Origin: Octopus sinensis
Taxonomy: Eukaryota
Length of the DNA stretch: 64,000 bases
Direction: 5' to 3'
NCBI RefSeq assembly: GCF_006345805.1
Contig: NC_042998.1
Coordinates: 127,844,001-127,908,000, forward strand
Shown: one piece after another, positions 12,915 to 25,183 of the stretch
How the letters are laid out: every line of letters starts with the position of its first letter
Position numbering within the stretch: position 1 is the first letter of the stretch
The notes under the pieces: generated by a model
Database searches by the model: none
What the model was told of the DNA's origin: nothing
What the model saw: only the letters and a program-made list of their open reading frames with translations
Position numbers and translations under genes: made by a program

Positions 12915-13787
12915 TCCTTAAAAAAATGTTTTAGCCCGAAGGCCGCGGCCATGCTGGGGCACCACCGCTGAATGAGTTACACTAATTTGTGAATCCACAT
13001 CTGATACGTGGCACTTGTCAAACAAGGGAGTTCGATGCTGCTGCCCGCATCTGTGTCTCCTGTCGTGAGGTAGGTTCATCTGGGACTCCCGACAAGAAGA
13101 GATCCAGTTTAGTTTTAAAGAAACCCACATCCACACCATGTAAGTCTCTCAGACATTTAGGGAGGATGTTAAAGAGGTGTGGTCCTCTGAAACCCAAGCT
13201 GTTGCAGTATCTGGACCTGTATTTTGATGGTGATGTTGGAATCCTTGGCACCATGCAGTGGCGCCCCATTCTGCGGTTGGGGTAACTTTGAATGTCAAAG
13301 TTTGGGACAAGACCCTCCAGGATTTTCCAGATGTATATCACCACATATCTCTCCCGCCTCCGCTCTAGGGAGAAGAGGTTTAATACCTTCAGTCTTTCCC
13401 AGTAGCTGATATTTTGCATTGAGACGATTTTCTTTGTGTAGCTTCTCTGAATTGCTTCGAGTTCTGCTGTTAGTTTTATATTGTGTGGTGACTACAGTTG
13501 GGAGCAGTAGTTCAAGCGGCTGAGGACGAATGTTTTCCATAGGACCATCAGTGTCTCCTTCTCTCTTGTTCTGAAAGTTCGGAGAATCCATCCAGCTAGC
13601 CGTCTGCATTTTATCACCAGATTAGCAATATGCACTTGGAAAGATGCATCATTGCTCATGTCAATGCCCAGGTCACGCACTGATTTTAACTCAGGGATTG
13701 TAATTCTTCCTGGGCCAGTGTATCCAGTCTGCACGTCGTTTACCTTTGTGTGCCAGTAGCGCAGGGCCTGGAACTTACCAGCATTAA
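12915..13787 (-). mobile_element. CR1/L2-group LINE, 5'-truncated 3' fragment (RT thumb and C-terminus) with 3' UTR
   Basis: VRDLGIDMSNDASFQVHI..CRRLAGWILRTF..LNYCSQL (13492-13734) and YWERLKVLNLFSLERRRERY..IWKIL (13018-13419); frameshifted. Confidence 0.85.
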
Positions 13788-13983
13788 ATAGGTTACATTC
13801 ATTTTTTAATATGTGTTTGAGACAGTTTCTTTATCCCAAATATTAGTTATCAGGAATCATTACTAGAGTCCCCGCCGGGCACAAAATATAGTTGACTTCT
13901 TAAGATTTAGCCATACGTAATAGCAATGCTCATATGCATCAACAAATATAGTCTTAGATGTAATTTTAGCTATCACTATAACC

Positions 13984-14079
<96 letters not shown>

Positions 14080-15176
14080 AGAGAGAGTGAGAGAGAGAGA
14101 AGCTCTGAAATTTACACTCGTCTAAGGAAGGCTCTAGTAAGTGTAAAAAGTGATGACTCATTTGCATATAACTACAAAAATGTATATTAAGCTGTTTGGT
14201 TGCTGATTGGTTTCTTAAAACTTACGATACTGCTGTCATGGCGAGTCAACATAATAATGTTCAGGTTGGAGTTCAAGTGGGAGTACCAGAATCAATTATT
14301 TTTTGCACTGTTATGCTCAAAAACAGAATCTTGCTTTAAGTCAAAATGTCTCTCAAATTTTTGAACGCAACATATTTTTCTCTATTTTAGCAGCTTCTCA
14401 AATCTTGCATCAACACATAGACATATAAATTTTAATTGGTTGCAACTAGAGACAAGATAGAAGACATCTAATCCTTTTGATGCTATTCTGTAAAATGAAA
14501 ACAAAAATGAATTGAGAAGCTTTCCAGAAGACCTCGAAACATTCGACTTCAATTTTTTAATTTCTTAATTCTTGCAATTTTTTTTTTTATTCTTGCATTG
14601 TTTTCATTTACTGAGCATCCTTTTAAGATGCAAACAAAAGCTATTGATACTGTTTTTAGGTGTATTACTGCTAAAAGAATTGCTACCATTTTTTTTTTTA
14701 ATTAGGAAATCTAAATTTGATGACACTTGAAGTTTGATGGAAGTAAAACGTCTCCCTTCTAGAAAAATGGCGAATCTTTAACATTAAGAACGTGAAAGAA
14801 AACTTTTCTCTGAATTATTTGAATAATGATATTTTCCAGATAAAAGAGCGATTAAAATCAATGATAAATTAAGAGTTTGTGTTACAAATGTTTGTTACAT
14901 GATAATACTTAGCAATGAGAACCTTCCAATCCCTGATAATAAAATATTGCCCATACCGAGTGGCCATAAGATGTTTTGCTTGCTGTGATTTTTTTAACTG
15001 TAGACTGTTTTCTTTCCTTCTTCAATCTTTTTTGTGACTTTCTTTTTATTGAACTGTTTTCTTTTTTCTTTCTTCCCTTTTGTTGTGACTTTCTTTTGAT
15101 TTCTTTCTTTTTCTTCCTTCTTTTTTTTTTGAATTTTTATCTGAACTGTTTTGGGCATTTAAATTACAAAAAAAAC

Positions 15177-16807
15177 ATGGTAAAGAACAGGGACAATGTT
15201 TTGGAGTGGGAAATTGTCCCACCAAAACAGAGGTTGAAAGATTGTGAAGAGAGGACTGTGGTGTTGAGGACTTACTCCAAGTCGCTCGATACCATCGCGC
15301 TATTTCAAAAGAATGTTACCGAAAGGGAGTGAGCAAAGTATCTGCCAATTACTAAATTCATCTCCAGGAAGGTCAAATATGCAACGGTGTGGTTGCTATT
15401 TGACACCCCTGAGGAGGCTCGCAAATTTGCGAGCCAGCCAGAGAGATTTTGTTTCTTCCCACGTATTGTGGGAGGAAGTTGACGTGGGCTTGGGTTTGTG
15501 GTTTGCCACCCGGAATAGAACCCGTGTGGGTAGAGGAGACTAACCACCGGGGTTTGGGTGGAAGCGGAGCCAAGCTCCTCAATGTAAAAAGTTGGCCTGC
15601 GGCTGATTGGGTGGGGTCAAAAGCGGTTTTGACTCTTTGGACCCAATCAGCCAAAGATCTGGTATACTCTTTACTCTTTTTACTCTTTTAATTGTTTCAG
15701 TCAGTTGACTGCGGCCATGCTGGAGCACCGCCTTTAGTCGAGCAACTCGACCCCGGGACTTATTCTTTGTAAGCCCAGGACTTATTCTATCAGTCTCTTT
15801 TGCCGAACCGCTAAGTGACGGAGACATAAACACGCCAGCATCGGTTGTCAAACAATGCTAGGGAGACAAACACAGACACACAAACATACACACACACACA
15901 TATATATATACGACGGGACTCTTTCAGTTTCCGTCTACCAAATCCACTCACAAGGCTTTTGGTCGGCCCGAGACTATAGTAGAAGACACTTGCCCAAGAT
16001 GCCACGCAGTGGGACTGAACCCGGAACCATGTGGTTGGTAAGCAAGCTACTTACCACACAGCCACTCCTGCGCCTGGTATTTCCAGATTTTTTGAAAATG
16101 GTCGGGTGCAGGTTCCCGGTGATTCTTGAGGGTAGTCCCACCAGGTGTCATCGGTGCCTGGAGCCTGATTATATAAAGAAAAACTGTCCCCAAGAACAAA
16201 GTAAGGTCCTGGAGCAGTTGGTTGAGACCTCTGTAGAAGAGGGAAAGAAAGCGGCCGAGGAGGCGGAGGACTCCTCAAAGAAGGGCCGCAAGAGGAAGAA
16301 GGTGAGAAACAATGGGTGCTCACCGAAGGATCCTAGGGATGAGGGAGGGGAGGCGAATCTCCCGGTCCCGGAGGAGACGCACCCTCTCTCAGGTGAGAAG
16401 GAAAAAGAGGAAGAGGAAGAGAAACGGGACATTGTTGACAGTCGGTGACATAGTACCAGAATGTCCCGGAATCTCGTCGGTGGAGGTTGTGCCACCGGCA
16501 CGGGAAGAGACACCGGCAGGGGAAGAGACACCGTCAGTGGGAATTGAGCCGCCGACGATAGAATTGACTACCTTGTCCCCTGGAGGAAGACGAATTATTG
16601 GTCTCCTTCTACAGAGGCGGAGAGGTGGAGAAGGTGTTGGAAAAGCACCATAAAGGAGTACCTTTAGCCTGCACTCGGGATCCCGAATGGCCTCCGCAGA
16701 CAGCTGTGGAGGTCATAACGTTGACCGTGTTGGGTAGGCTAGAGAGACTCAATGAGGAATATCGCTTGTGGCCGGGCGACACCGACACGGCACCCGTTTG
16801 TGCTTAA
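15177..16807 (+). pseudogene. L1/Tx1-like gag-type ORF1 (RRM-like region, degenerate CCHC knuckle, acidic tail), disrupted
   Basis: ATG 15177; TGA at 15330 in place of a likely Trp codon; frameshifts; knuckle CHRCLEPDYIKKNC (H>Y); frame restored on removing SINE 15666-16074 (..AKDLV|FPDFLKM..). Confidence 0.7.
15666..16074 (-). mobile_element. CORE-like SINE family B inserted in ORF1, with target-site duplication
   Basis: Full head to tail; TGGTAT at 15660-15665 and 16075-16080 (7 bp if the preceding C is counted). Confidence 0.95.
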
Positions 16808-17140
16808 ATGAGGCGTTGATGATGGCGGAGGATGGGGTCATAAGCGATGTTGGGGAGGAATATGGATAAGAGGTTGAAAAGCCTCAGTGTTATTGAAAGT
16901 TCCTAGTTTGGAAAAAAGATAAGAGGCTTAGTGCCTCATTTTGTTATTGAATATTGTGAACAATGTAAGAGGTTTGTTACTTCATGAATAAGAGATGAAT
17001 GTTCTCGGAAAAGACGACCGGCGGGCGTCGCTTTTTCCCCCATTAATCATCATTTTCATTTTTCATTTCATATAACATTATGTCTATGTCCAGCCCACAG
17101 CTTCATATGTAAAGCCTTTATGGCCAATGTAATAAAATAA

Positions 17141-17501
17141 AGAAGCTTTCTCACCAACCACATTGTTCCGAGTTCAGTCCCACTGCGTGACACCTTTCGT
17201 AAGTGTCGTCTACTATAGCCTCGATCCGACCAAAGCCTTGTGAGTGATTTGGTAGACAGAAACTGAAAGAAGCCCGTCGTATATATGTATGTATTTGTGT
17301 GTTTGTGTTTGTTCCCCCGCAACGCTTGACACCGATGTTGGTGCGTTTACGTCCCCGTAACTTAGCAGTTCGGCAAGAGAGACCCATAGAATTAGTACTC
17401 GGCTTACAAAGACTAAGTTCTGGGGTCGATTAGTTCGACTAAAGACGCAACTCCAGCATGGCCGCAGTCAAATGACTGAAACAAGTAAACGAATTAAAGA
17501 A
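17141..17501 (+). mobile_element. CORE-like SINE family B, head truncated
   Basis: GAGTTCAGTCCCACTGCG..., tail CCAGCATGGCCGCAGTCAAATGACTGAAACA. Confidence 0.9.
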
Positions 17502-18144
17502 TATGAAATGCTTGTACTCCATTCCACAAGGACATAAACTAATCTATTTCACCTTAACCAATTTGAACTTTGTTAAATGTTATTTTCCCGAGCTTGAAAG
17601 AATAAAAAAACTACTCTGCGTAATATTTAAAGACAAGAAAGGAAGACAAACCATGTGGCATTCTCAATTGAAACTATATATCTCGAAAAAAAATTAAGGA
17701 GAACCAGGAAGGTCTTTTATTTCCTTGTCACGGAAGAGCTTTACCGAAAGACTTGCAGCGTAGTGTTTTAATTCAAGTAAATTATTATACTGAATTTTGT
17801 TAGATAAGCGTGTTATATATGCATTCGACTAGTAAAGCTATTGCAAATTAGTGCAAGGTGCGGTGTGTTTGCTTCAAGATATAAAACTGAACGTAAATAA
17901 CAAATTTAATTTTCATATAGCTATTTAATTTTCATAAGCAATCGCTTGTAAAAAGAGATATACATGCTGTATGTACACAGCATAAATTGTATCGTTTAAA
18001 ACTTTTTAATTATATGCTCTGACACAAATACTAGGAATTGCCACTAAGATATGCATGCATATATGCATACTTACAAACCTACATACATAGTTACATACAT
18101 AGATACACACATTCACACACACACACACACTCACACACACACAT

Positions 18145-18488
<344 letters not shown>

Positions 18489-18624
18489 TATACCGAAAAA
18501 TCTCGTGTGAGCTGCACCTTTATACATTATGGATTCAAATCAAGCGCGCAAGTGCAGTCACATAACCAGCAGCATATAATAGATTCAACAGCGTAACATA
18601 TGGCCTTGGAATTAGGATAATTTT

Positions 18625-18799
18625 ACTGTGTAAATTATAAAGGTAAGAAATTAAAATAATTTATTAACAGTGGTTCACATGCAAGGGTCTTCTCTCTGTG
18701 TATAAATCTTATATATGAAAATATGTTGTTTTATGATTTTACTACGCATGCGAACCACTGGTAATAAACAGTTTTAATTTTTTACCCTTATACTTTACA

Positions 18800-18803
<4 letters not shown>
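18625..18803. repeat. MITE-like foldback with 58-bp inverted arms
   Basis: 18625-18682 is the imperfect reverse complement of 18746-18803. Confidence 0.8.
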
Positions 18804-18883
<80 letters not shown>

Positions 18884-18932
18884 GAAACAATCACATACTG
18901 GCATTGATGTAACGACATTTGAGATTTTGTCT

Positions 18933-19015
18933 ATGTGAATCTGGAGAACTAATCAAATTTACGTTAACAAACGTAATTTGGAAAGTTCGAAACCTAAGAC
19001 CTAGGTTATCCACAT
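18933..19015 (+). ncRNA. hammerhead ribozyme relic (stems intact, CUGANGA box damaged)
   Basis: Stem I AUGUGAAU/AUCCACAU, core CUGGA(GA), stem II GAACU/AGUUC, GAAA, stem III ACCUA/UAGGU, GUU site. Confidence 0.5.
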
Positions 19016-19143
19016 CTGCGTTGTATATGTATCTAATTAATGTTCTCCCTAGTGGTAAGATGAATTCTTTTATGTTCGCCGCCCGATAACATTTTCCCTA
19101 GTACATACATACATACATATATATATGTATATATGTATATATA

Positions 19144-19175
<32 letters not shown>

Positions 19176-19241
19176 GCCCATTATCGTGTATGCGTAGAGG
19201 TTTGTGTATGCGTGTATATGCATGCATACATACATATAGAC

Positions 19242-19312
<71 letters not shown>

Positions 19313-19651
19313 TATTGGGTTGTCCGGATAGTTCGTGCCGATTTATAGTAGTTTACATTTCGACTTATTTTAGAACATGGTTGAGTCCACAAAATAGGAT
19401 TTGACTACATCTCCATTTACAGCACAGTTTAAGCTATCTTTTCGTAGAAGAAGGTTTATATTCCTATAACCTGTGTTAATTCTGTAACCCCTTAAAATGG
19501 AAGATAAGTTGATTTTCGGCACTCGATGATTTGGGAACCAGACAAAAATTGCTGCAGCTCGGCTGTGATGTGTTACCCCACCCTCTATATTCACTAATTA
19601 TTGCTCCTTCGGATTTCAACTTATTCAGGTCTCTGCATAATAGTCTTATTG
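19313..19651 (+). mobile_element. internally deleted mariner-type element
   Basis: TIR-like TATTGGGTTGTCCGGATAGTTCGTGCCGATTT; start MEDK..FRH at 19497; TRQKLLQLGCDVLPHPLYSLIIAPSDFNLFRSLHN (HPPYSPDLAPSD motif). Confidence 0.85.
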
Positions 19652-20484
19652 AAATACATATTGCCTTCCATTGCACACACTGTCTATCCATGGCTTAAAA
19701 GTTATTTCCAGGGCCTCAATGTAGGCGGCAGAGTTAACTCTAAGGCCTGTGGAAAGAAGTAAGGAGGCATCACATGTCCTCCATTGCTGACAACTTTTAA
19801 AACCATCACTGCTGCAGGAATTTTTGTATGCATAACACTCGGAACTTCAGAAAGGTCTGCACATAACCATCTGTAATTTCTTCTGTTAGCTTTGCTCGTT
19901 TGAGGAAAACCAAATCAAATCTTCTGCTGGATTTTTCAGTTTGTTTAAGAGCCCTTTAGTTCTGATGTAGTGATTTTCTTTTACTTTTTCTGACAAATTA
20001 TCATTTTCTCAACATATAAGACTTATAACTGATGTTTTCGTGAACATTTCTGACCCTTTTGATACATGGAGATCTTTTGCAATTGACACCATGGAATTTC
20101 TGGGATTGTAAACAAAGGTCTGTTCAACTTCTTGGTTGAATTCAGGTGTTCTGGTGGTTTCAGAGCGTTTAGAATGCTTTTTATGCTTTGATATTGGTGA
20201 TACGTTACCATCTTCAGTCTCTAGCTCCTCACAAACTTTGTAGACGAGAGATCTGGCAACTTTCAAAATTTGCCAGAGATAAATTGCTAAATTGCTACAC
20301 TTTCGAGGTATTTCTAAATCGCTATACTCAGCCTTTATAACCACAATAGCAGCATGCCTCTTCCCTTCTTGAGTAAGCTGAGGGTCTGCCATTATTGTTT
20401 TCTGAAACAAAGATTATGCAGTGTTAGCAAAAGATGCAGCAATGACCCCAAAATAAGGTATTGCTCAAAAATGGTATTCCTGTA
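19651..20484 (-). mobile_element. Tc1/mariner-superfamily (maT/DD37D-like) transposase pseudogene, 3'-truncated
   Basis: MADPQLTQEGKRHAAIV.. from 20392; later VMVL.VVSNGGHVMPPYFFP, LRVNSAAYIEALE, PWIDSVCNGRQYVFQ; frameshifts. Confidence 0.85.
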
Positions 20485-20938
20485 TATGTGTATGTGTGTG
20501 TTTCTATCTATCTATCTATCTATATATATATATATATAATATATATGTGTGTGTGTGTATCTATATATGTGTTTAGACATATACACATACACTTGTGTGT
20601 ATGTGTGTGAGTGTGTGTGTATGTCTACATGTACATGTACTCATGTATAAATAACAAAGGAAAAAGGGATGTAAAATTCAGGAAAATACTTTATAAACAT
20701 ACTGAAGAGATCACACTTGGTTAGTTTAACAAAACTGACCACTGAAAGCTATCAGCCGTAAAATTAATTTCCACGAACTTCCAATATGTTTATAGCATTT
20801 TTTTATAAATAAATTTAGTGCAGCAGAAAATGACAGAAAATAGAGTGTCATATATTCTGCAATTCAGATATGCGCGTTTCAGATTTGTTGATATTTCAAA
20901 TTCTGCCTGAAGAATTCATGCACTTTAATCGATCCCAT

Positions 20939-21178
20939 ATTTCATCGACTAAGATTCTATAATTTGACAAGTGGGATTTAGGAAACTCAGCATGATATTA
21001 CATTTCTATCTCCATCTGGTAAATCCTATTGCTAAGCAGGTCTACTGAAATACCTCCCTTACACATTATACTGATCAATTCCTAAAATGTTCTCTATACT
21101 AAACAGTGTGGTATATCTTTGAAAACTGTGCGATGGTATTCGATTTCCCTATTTCTGTAGAATCTTAGTCAATCAAAT
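20939..21178. mobile_element. MITE candidate with 21-bp terminal inverted repeats
   Basis: GACTAAGATTCTA (20947-20959) and its exact reverse complement (21158-21170); extends to 21 bp with 2 mismatches. Confidence 0.55.
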
Positions 21179-21498
21179 TTCTAATTGACGAATCAGCATA
21201 TTTACTTCATCGCAGAATTTTGGAAAACAAATCTATCTGAAACGCGCTTAATGCATAATTCTCCATTATTTGTGCCTTTTCACACACACACGCACACACC
21301 CAGACACGCATATATATATATACATATGTATGTATATACATGTGTGTGTGTGCGCGCGCGTAGGTGTGTGTATGTACATATTTATAAATATATATGTATA
21401 TGTATGCATACACATGTATGCATATTATATATATTTTGTTGCGTCTTAATATCCAACACACTCTCCTGCTCAATGTCCATTTATTTATTTATTTATTT

Positions 21499-21597
21499 TG
21501 TGTCTTCCAAAATTTTCTTAGCTCTTGCAACCTTCTGAATAGATGTCGACAGCCATTGACAAGGTTGCAAAAGCAACAGAAATTTTTGGAAGACACA
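21499..21597. repeat. about 36-bp inverted repeat hairpin
   Basis: TGTGTCTTCCAAAA..TTGCAACCTT pairs with AAGGTTGCAA..TTTTGGAAGACACA. Confidence 0.8.
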
Positions 21598-22194
21598 CAA
21601 ACAAAAAAAAAGAAATAAAAGAAATAAATGAGTGGAAATTGAACCGGTGAGTGTGCTACATATTAAGGAACTATGACTCTCCTCAGATACGATAAAATTT
21701 GTTTCAAAACACGAATTCATGTAAAGAATTTTCGAAACCAGCTACAACCCGAACTATGTATACATATATATGAGGGGAAGAGAGGATACCTTGATGAAGG
21801 AAGGATAGCGGAGGCTATTCTTCCTTCAAATATAACATAAGGAAACGATGTAATTATTTTGGTTTATGGTATTGATATAAATTAGTTAAAAATAGTTCAT
21901 CCTTTATGTTAGAAATCAATATTGTCATCTACTTCTGAGGAGAGCGGTTTCCTTGAAATTGATGTAGTGTTTTCATTGATCGATTAAACGGAGCTGCTTG
22001 AAACGGCCGTAATGTATTGGTACCGCCACATCATTGCTACTTATTTAAATTCTGTTCACCTAACTTGGAGCTGTGCGAACTGGCTTGGTGCCTCAATTTA
22101 AGTACCTAATTCAACTGAATCTCAATTTTATATGTATATGTATGTATATATATATATATATATATACATATATATGTATATGTATGTATATATA

Positions 22195-23186
22195 TTTGTG
22201 TCTATGTGTTTCGTCTCTCTATGTGTTCGACGTCTTTTTGGTGTCCTGTACACATATATGCGTGTATATGTACATGTAGAGGTAGGTACGTACATATATG
22301 TTTATATATATGCATATATTCTATTTTATTAACATATTATACGACTAAACGCACGCACCTACTAAGTAAGATTGTTCTGTTTATCAAGTTAGCCTTGATA
22401 TTAACTCTCACGCGGACTCTGCATCTTTCTTTCTTTCTCTCCCATTCTTTTTCGTCTTTTTTCCCTCACTTAACTTGTCTCTCCTCCTCTCTCTCTCTCA
22501 TTCTCATTTCTCTCTCTCCCTTTCACCATTCTTCATGGTCTCCTCGCCCATTCCCCTTCTTCTCTCTCTTCCTCTTGCTCTCCTCCCCCATTCCCGTCAT
22601 CCATCTGCGACGATACTTCCGTCGTAACTGCTATCCTGTCTTTTCTCGCCCGCCCTTGTAAGGCTTTGGTCGACAAATTTCCCTCTCTCGTCTTCCACGA
22701 TAATCCAGCGTTTGCAATACTTTTTTCGTCTGGCGTTAAAGCCCTTCTTATCTTGTTCTCCTTGTCCTGTCTCTCACTGTTATATATTATTTTCCACTGT
22801 TTATATATATATTTTTTACTGGTTATATGTTTGTACTGTCGTTACCGTCTGCTTTTTTTACCCCTCTGCGAAAAGATCTCAGAATTTTAATTGATTTGCT
22901 TTTCGCGGGAAGGAATTTTTCTTCGAAGTATACGTCTCGCTTTTATCCTTCGAAACGTTTAGTAGATGGAATCTTAGCGACTGAAGAAGGGGATTTTTCG
23001 TTGTGCTTATTGTCCTGTATCTCCTTTTTTTTTGCTTGTCTTGTTCCTTGGTTTGTGTCTATGTGTTTCGTCTCTCTATGTGTTCGACGTCTTTTTGGTG
23101 TCCTGTACACATATATGCGTGTATATGTACATGTAGAGGTAGGTACGTACATATATGTTTATATATATGCATATATTCTATTTTAT
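22195..23186 (+). repeat. identical 135-bp direct repeats (22195-22329 and 23052-23186)
   Basis: Base-for-base identity by inspection. Confidence 0.9.
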
Positions 23187-23225
<39 letters not shown>

Positions 23226-24422
23226 TATATATGTATATATATATATATATCTATATATATATATATATATAATATATATTATATAGATATATATATATAT
23301 ATTATATCCATATAACTGATAAACAGGCCTGAAAGAATGAGCAATGCGTTGTTTATAATCCATATTTACACATTCCTTATATATTATATGTAACTTTATA
23401 CATACATAAATACATACATACATACATACATACATACATACATACATACATACATACATACATAATTATTGGGATATGTAACATACTCCCTAAATACCAA
23501 TCTTGAGAAATTAGATTTATCAAAGCCAGAAAGGAGAAAGCTAATTCAAAGACTACAGATCCAAGTCATCACTGGAACTGTAAACATTTATAACTGTATA
23601 TATATATAATATGTATGTATGTATATACATATATATATTAAGGTATGTAGAAAAATACAACATGGACAAGAACGTATAACTCATAGAAGACGATACAATA
23701 AACATGGACAGGACATTCGAACCCCTCAGTCTTCAGTCAAGAACCGGATCATCGTAGTAATTTCGGCTGATGATGTATATATATATATTTATCTATATAT
23801 ATACTATATATATATAATATATATATATATATAATCACATATACGTAATATATTAAGAGAAAGGGAAAGAGACTGAAATAATAAGAACAGAGAACGGAAA
23901 TAATTAGAGATAAAGAAAACCACAATATTCGTTTGTTGTGTATCCTGAAGCAAGATTTTGGTTATTCTGTGGAAGAGCTTTCTCTGCTTCACACGAAGGA
24001 AGGCAAACATGTAGGTAACCTTTTCTTTTTTTTCTCTTCCATAAAAATAAAGAAATTGAGAGAAATTAATGGTATTAAATCGAAAGGAAAAGCTAAAAGT
24101 AGTAAATATTACGTGTATGTTTAGTTTTCTAATCTGGCTAATGTCCTCTGGATTGTTTACTTTCTTCAGTTTTGAGGGAACATGGTTTAAGGGAGAAATG
24201 GCGTCAACACCGCTATGGATTTCTCTGCTGGATTTGTATGTATAAAATCATATTTCTTGTCTATATATTCTATCTCTTCCCTGTATGTGTGTAAATGTAT
24301 GCATATGTATAATGTATCTGTGCGTGTTCGTCTATGCATAAATATATATGTGTGTGTGTGTGTGTGTATACATGTATATACTTGTAAACGAACACACCAA
24401 TACACACCCGTATGCATGCGTT

Positions 24423-24483
<61 letters not shown>

Positions 24484-24767
24484 GTTAAACAGGGAAACAA
24501 GCGTTAAGGTAAGGCAAACATCTCAAGTCATATGCATTATTATTATTGGAAAACATTTTTTTCAAAAAATAATAAAGTATATGACTTGAGTTTGTTGCCC
24601 TCTTTAACAATTATATATCAGCTATATTGGAAATCTACAATGGTTCCATAACTACCGTCTTGGCTATAACATTGGAGCCCTAGTAATGCATTACAGCACT
24701 TAGCTAGCGTTCCTTGCCGTTTAGGTCAGCTGTGAACTAAACCCCCATATTTTGTATATTCATATAT

Positions 24768-24800
<33 letters not shown>

Positions 24801-24965
24801 GAGTAGTTGAATGAATTATCTTATTAAGGATAATTCGAAAGATAACCGATACCTGGGTAGCAAATTCACATCAGAAAGAACACGGTTGACGCTACGTCCC
24901 TAGGGCATAGACTACGTGTCTTTGTGCGGAAATGTATATGTTTATTTTAAAATTATAAGTATGTC

Positions 24966-25135
24966 AAAGAATAGAGTTGAACGACTAGTTAACAAATATC
25001 CTTTATTCTCGACATATGTTTCGAAGGCTGCATATTCCTAATTCCTTATTCCTTCGGAATTAGGAATATGCAGCCTTCAAAACATATGTCGAGAATAAAG
25101 GATATTTGTTAACTAGTCGTTCAACTCCATTCTTT
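24966..25135. repeat. near-perfect 170-bp palindrome (80-bp arms, 10-nt loop)
   Basis: 24966-25045 versus 25056-25135, two mismatches. Confidence 0.95.
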
Positions 25136-25141
25136 CATATA

Positions 25142-25183
<42 letters not shown>

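Noticed and set aside
14229-14340. Short ATG-initiated ORF (MASQHNNV..) as a host exon
   Set aside because: 33 codons, no recognisable domain, no splice support.
22955-22998. GAAACGU...CUGAAGA type II-like arrangement
   Set aside because: Stem I fails and the stem II base is mismatched.
23715-23772. Minus-strand GAAA...CUGAAGA motif
   Set aside because: Stems II and III cannot be formed convincingly.
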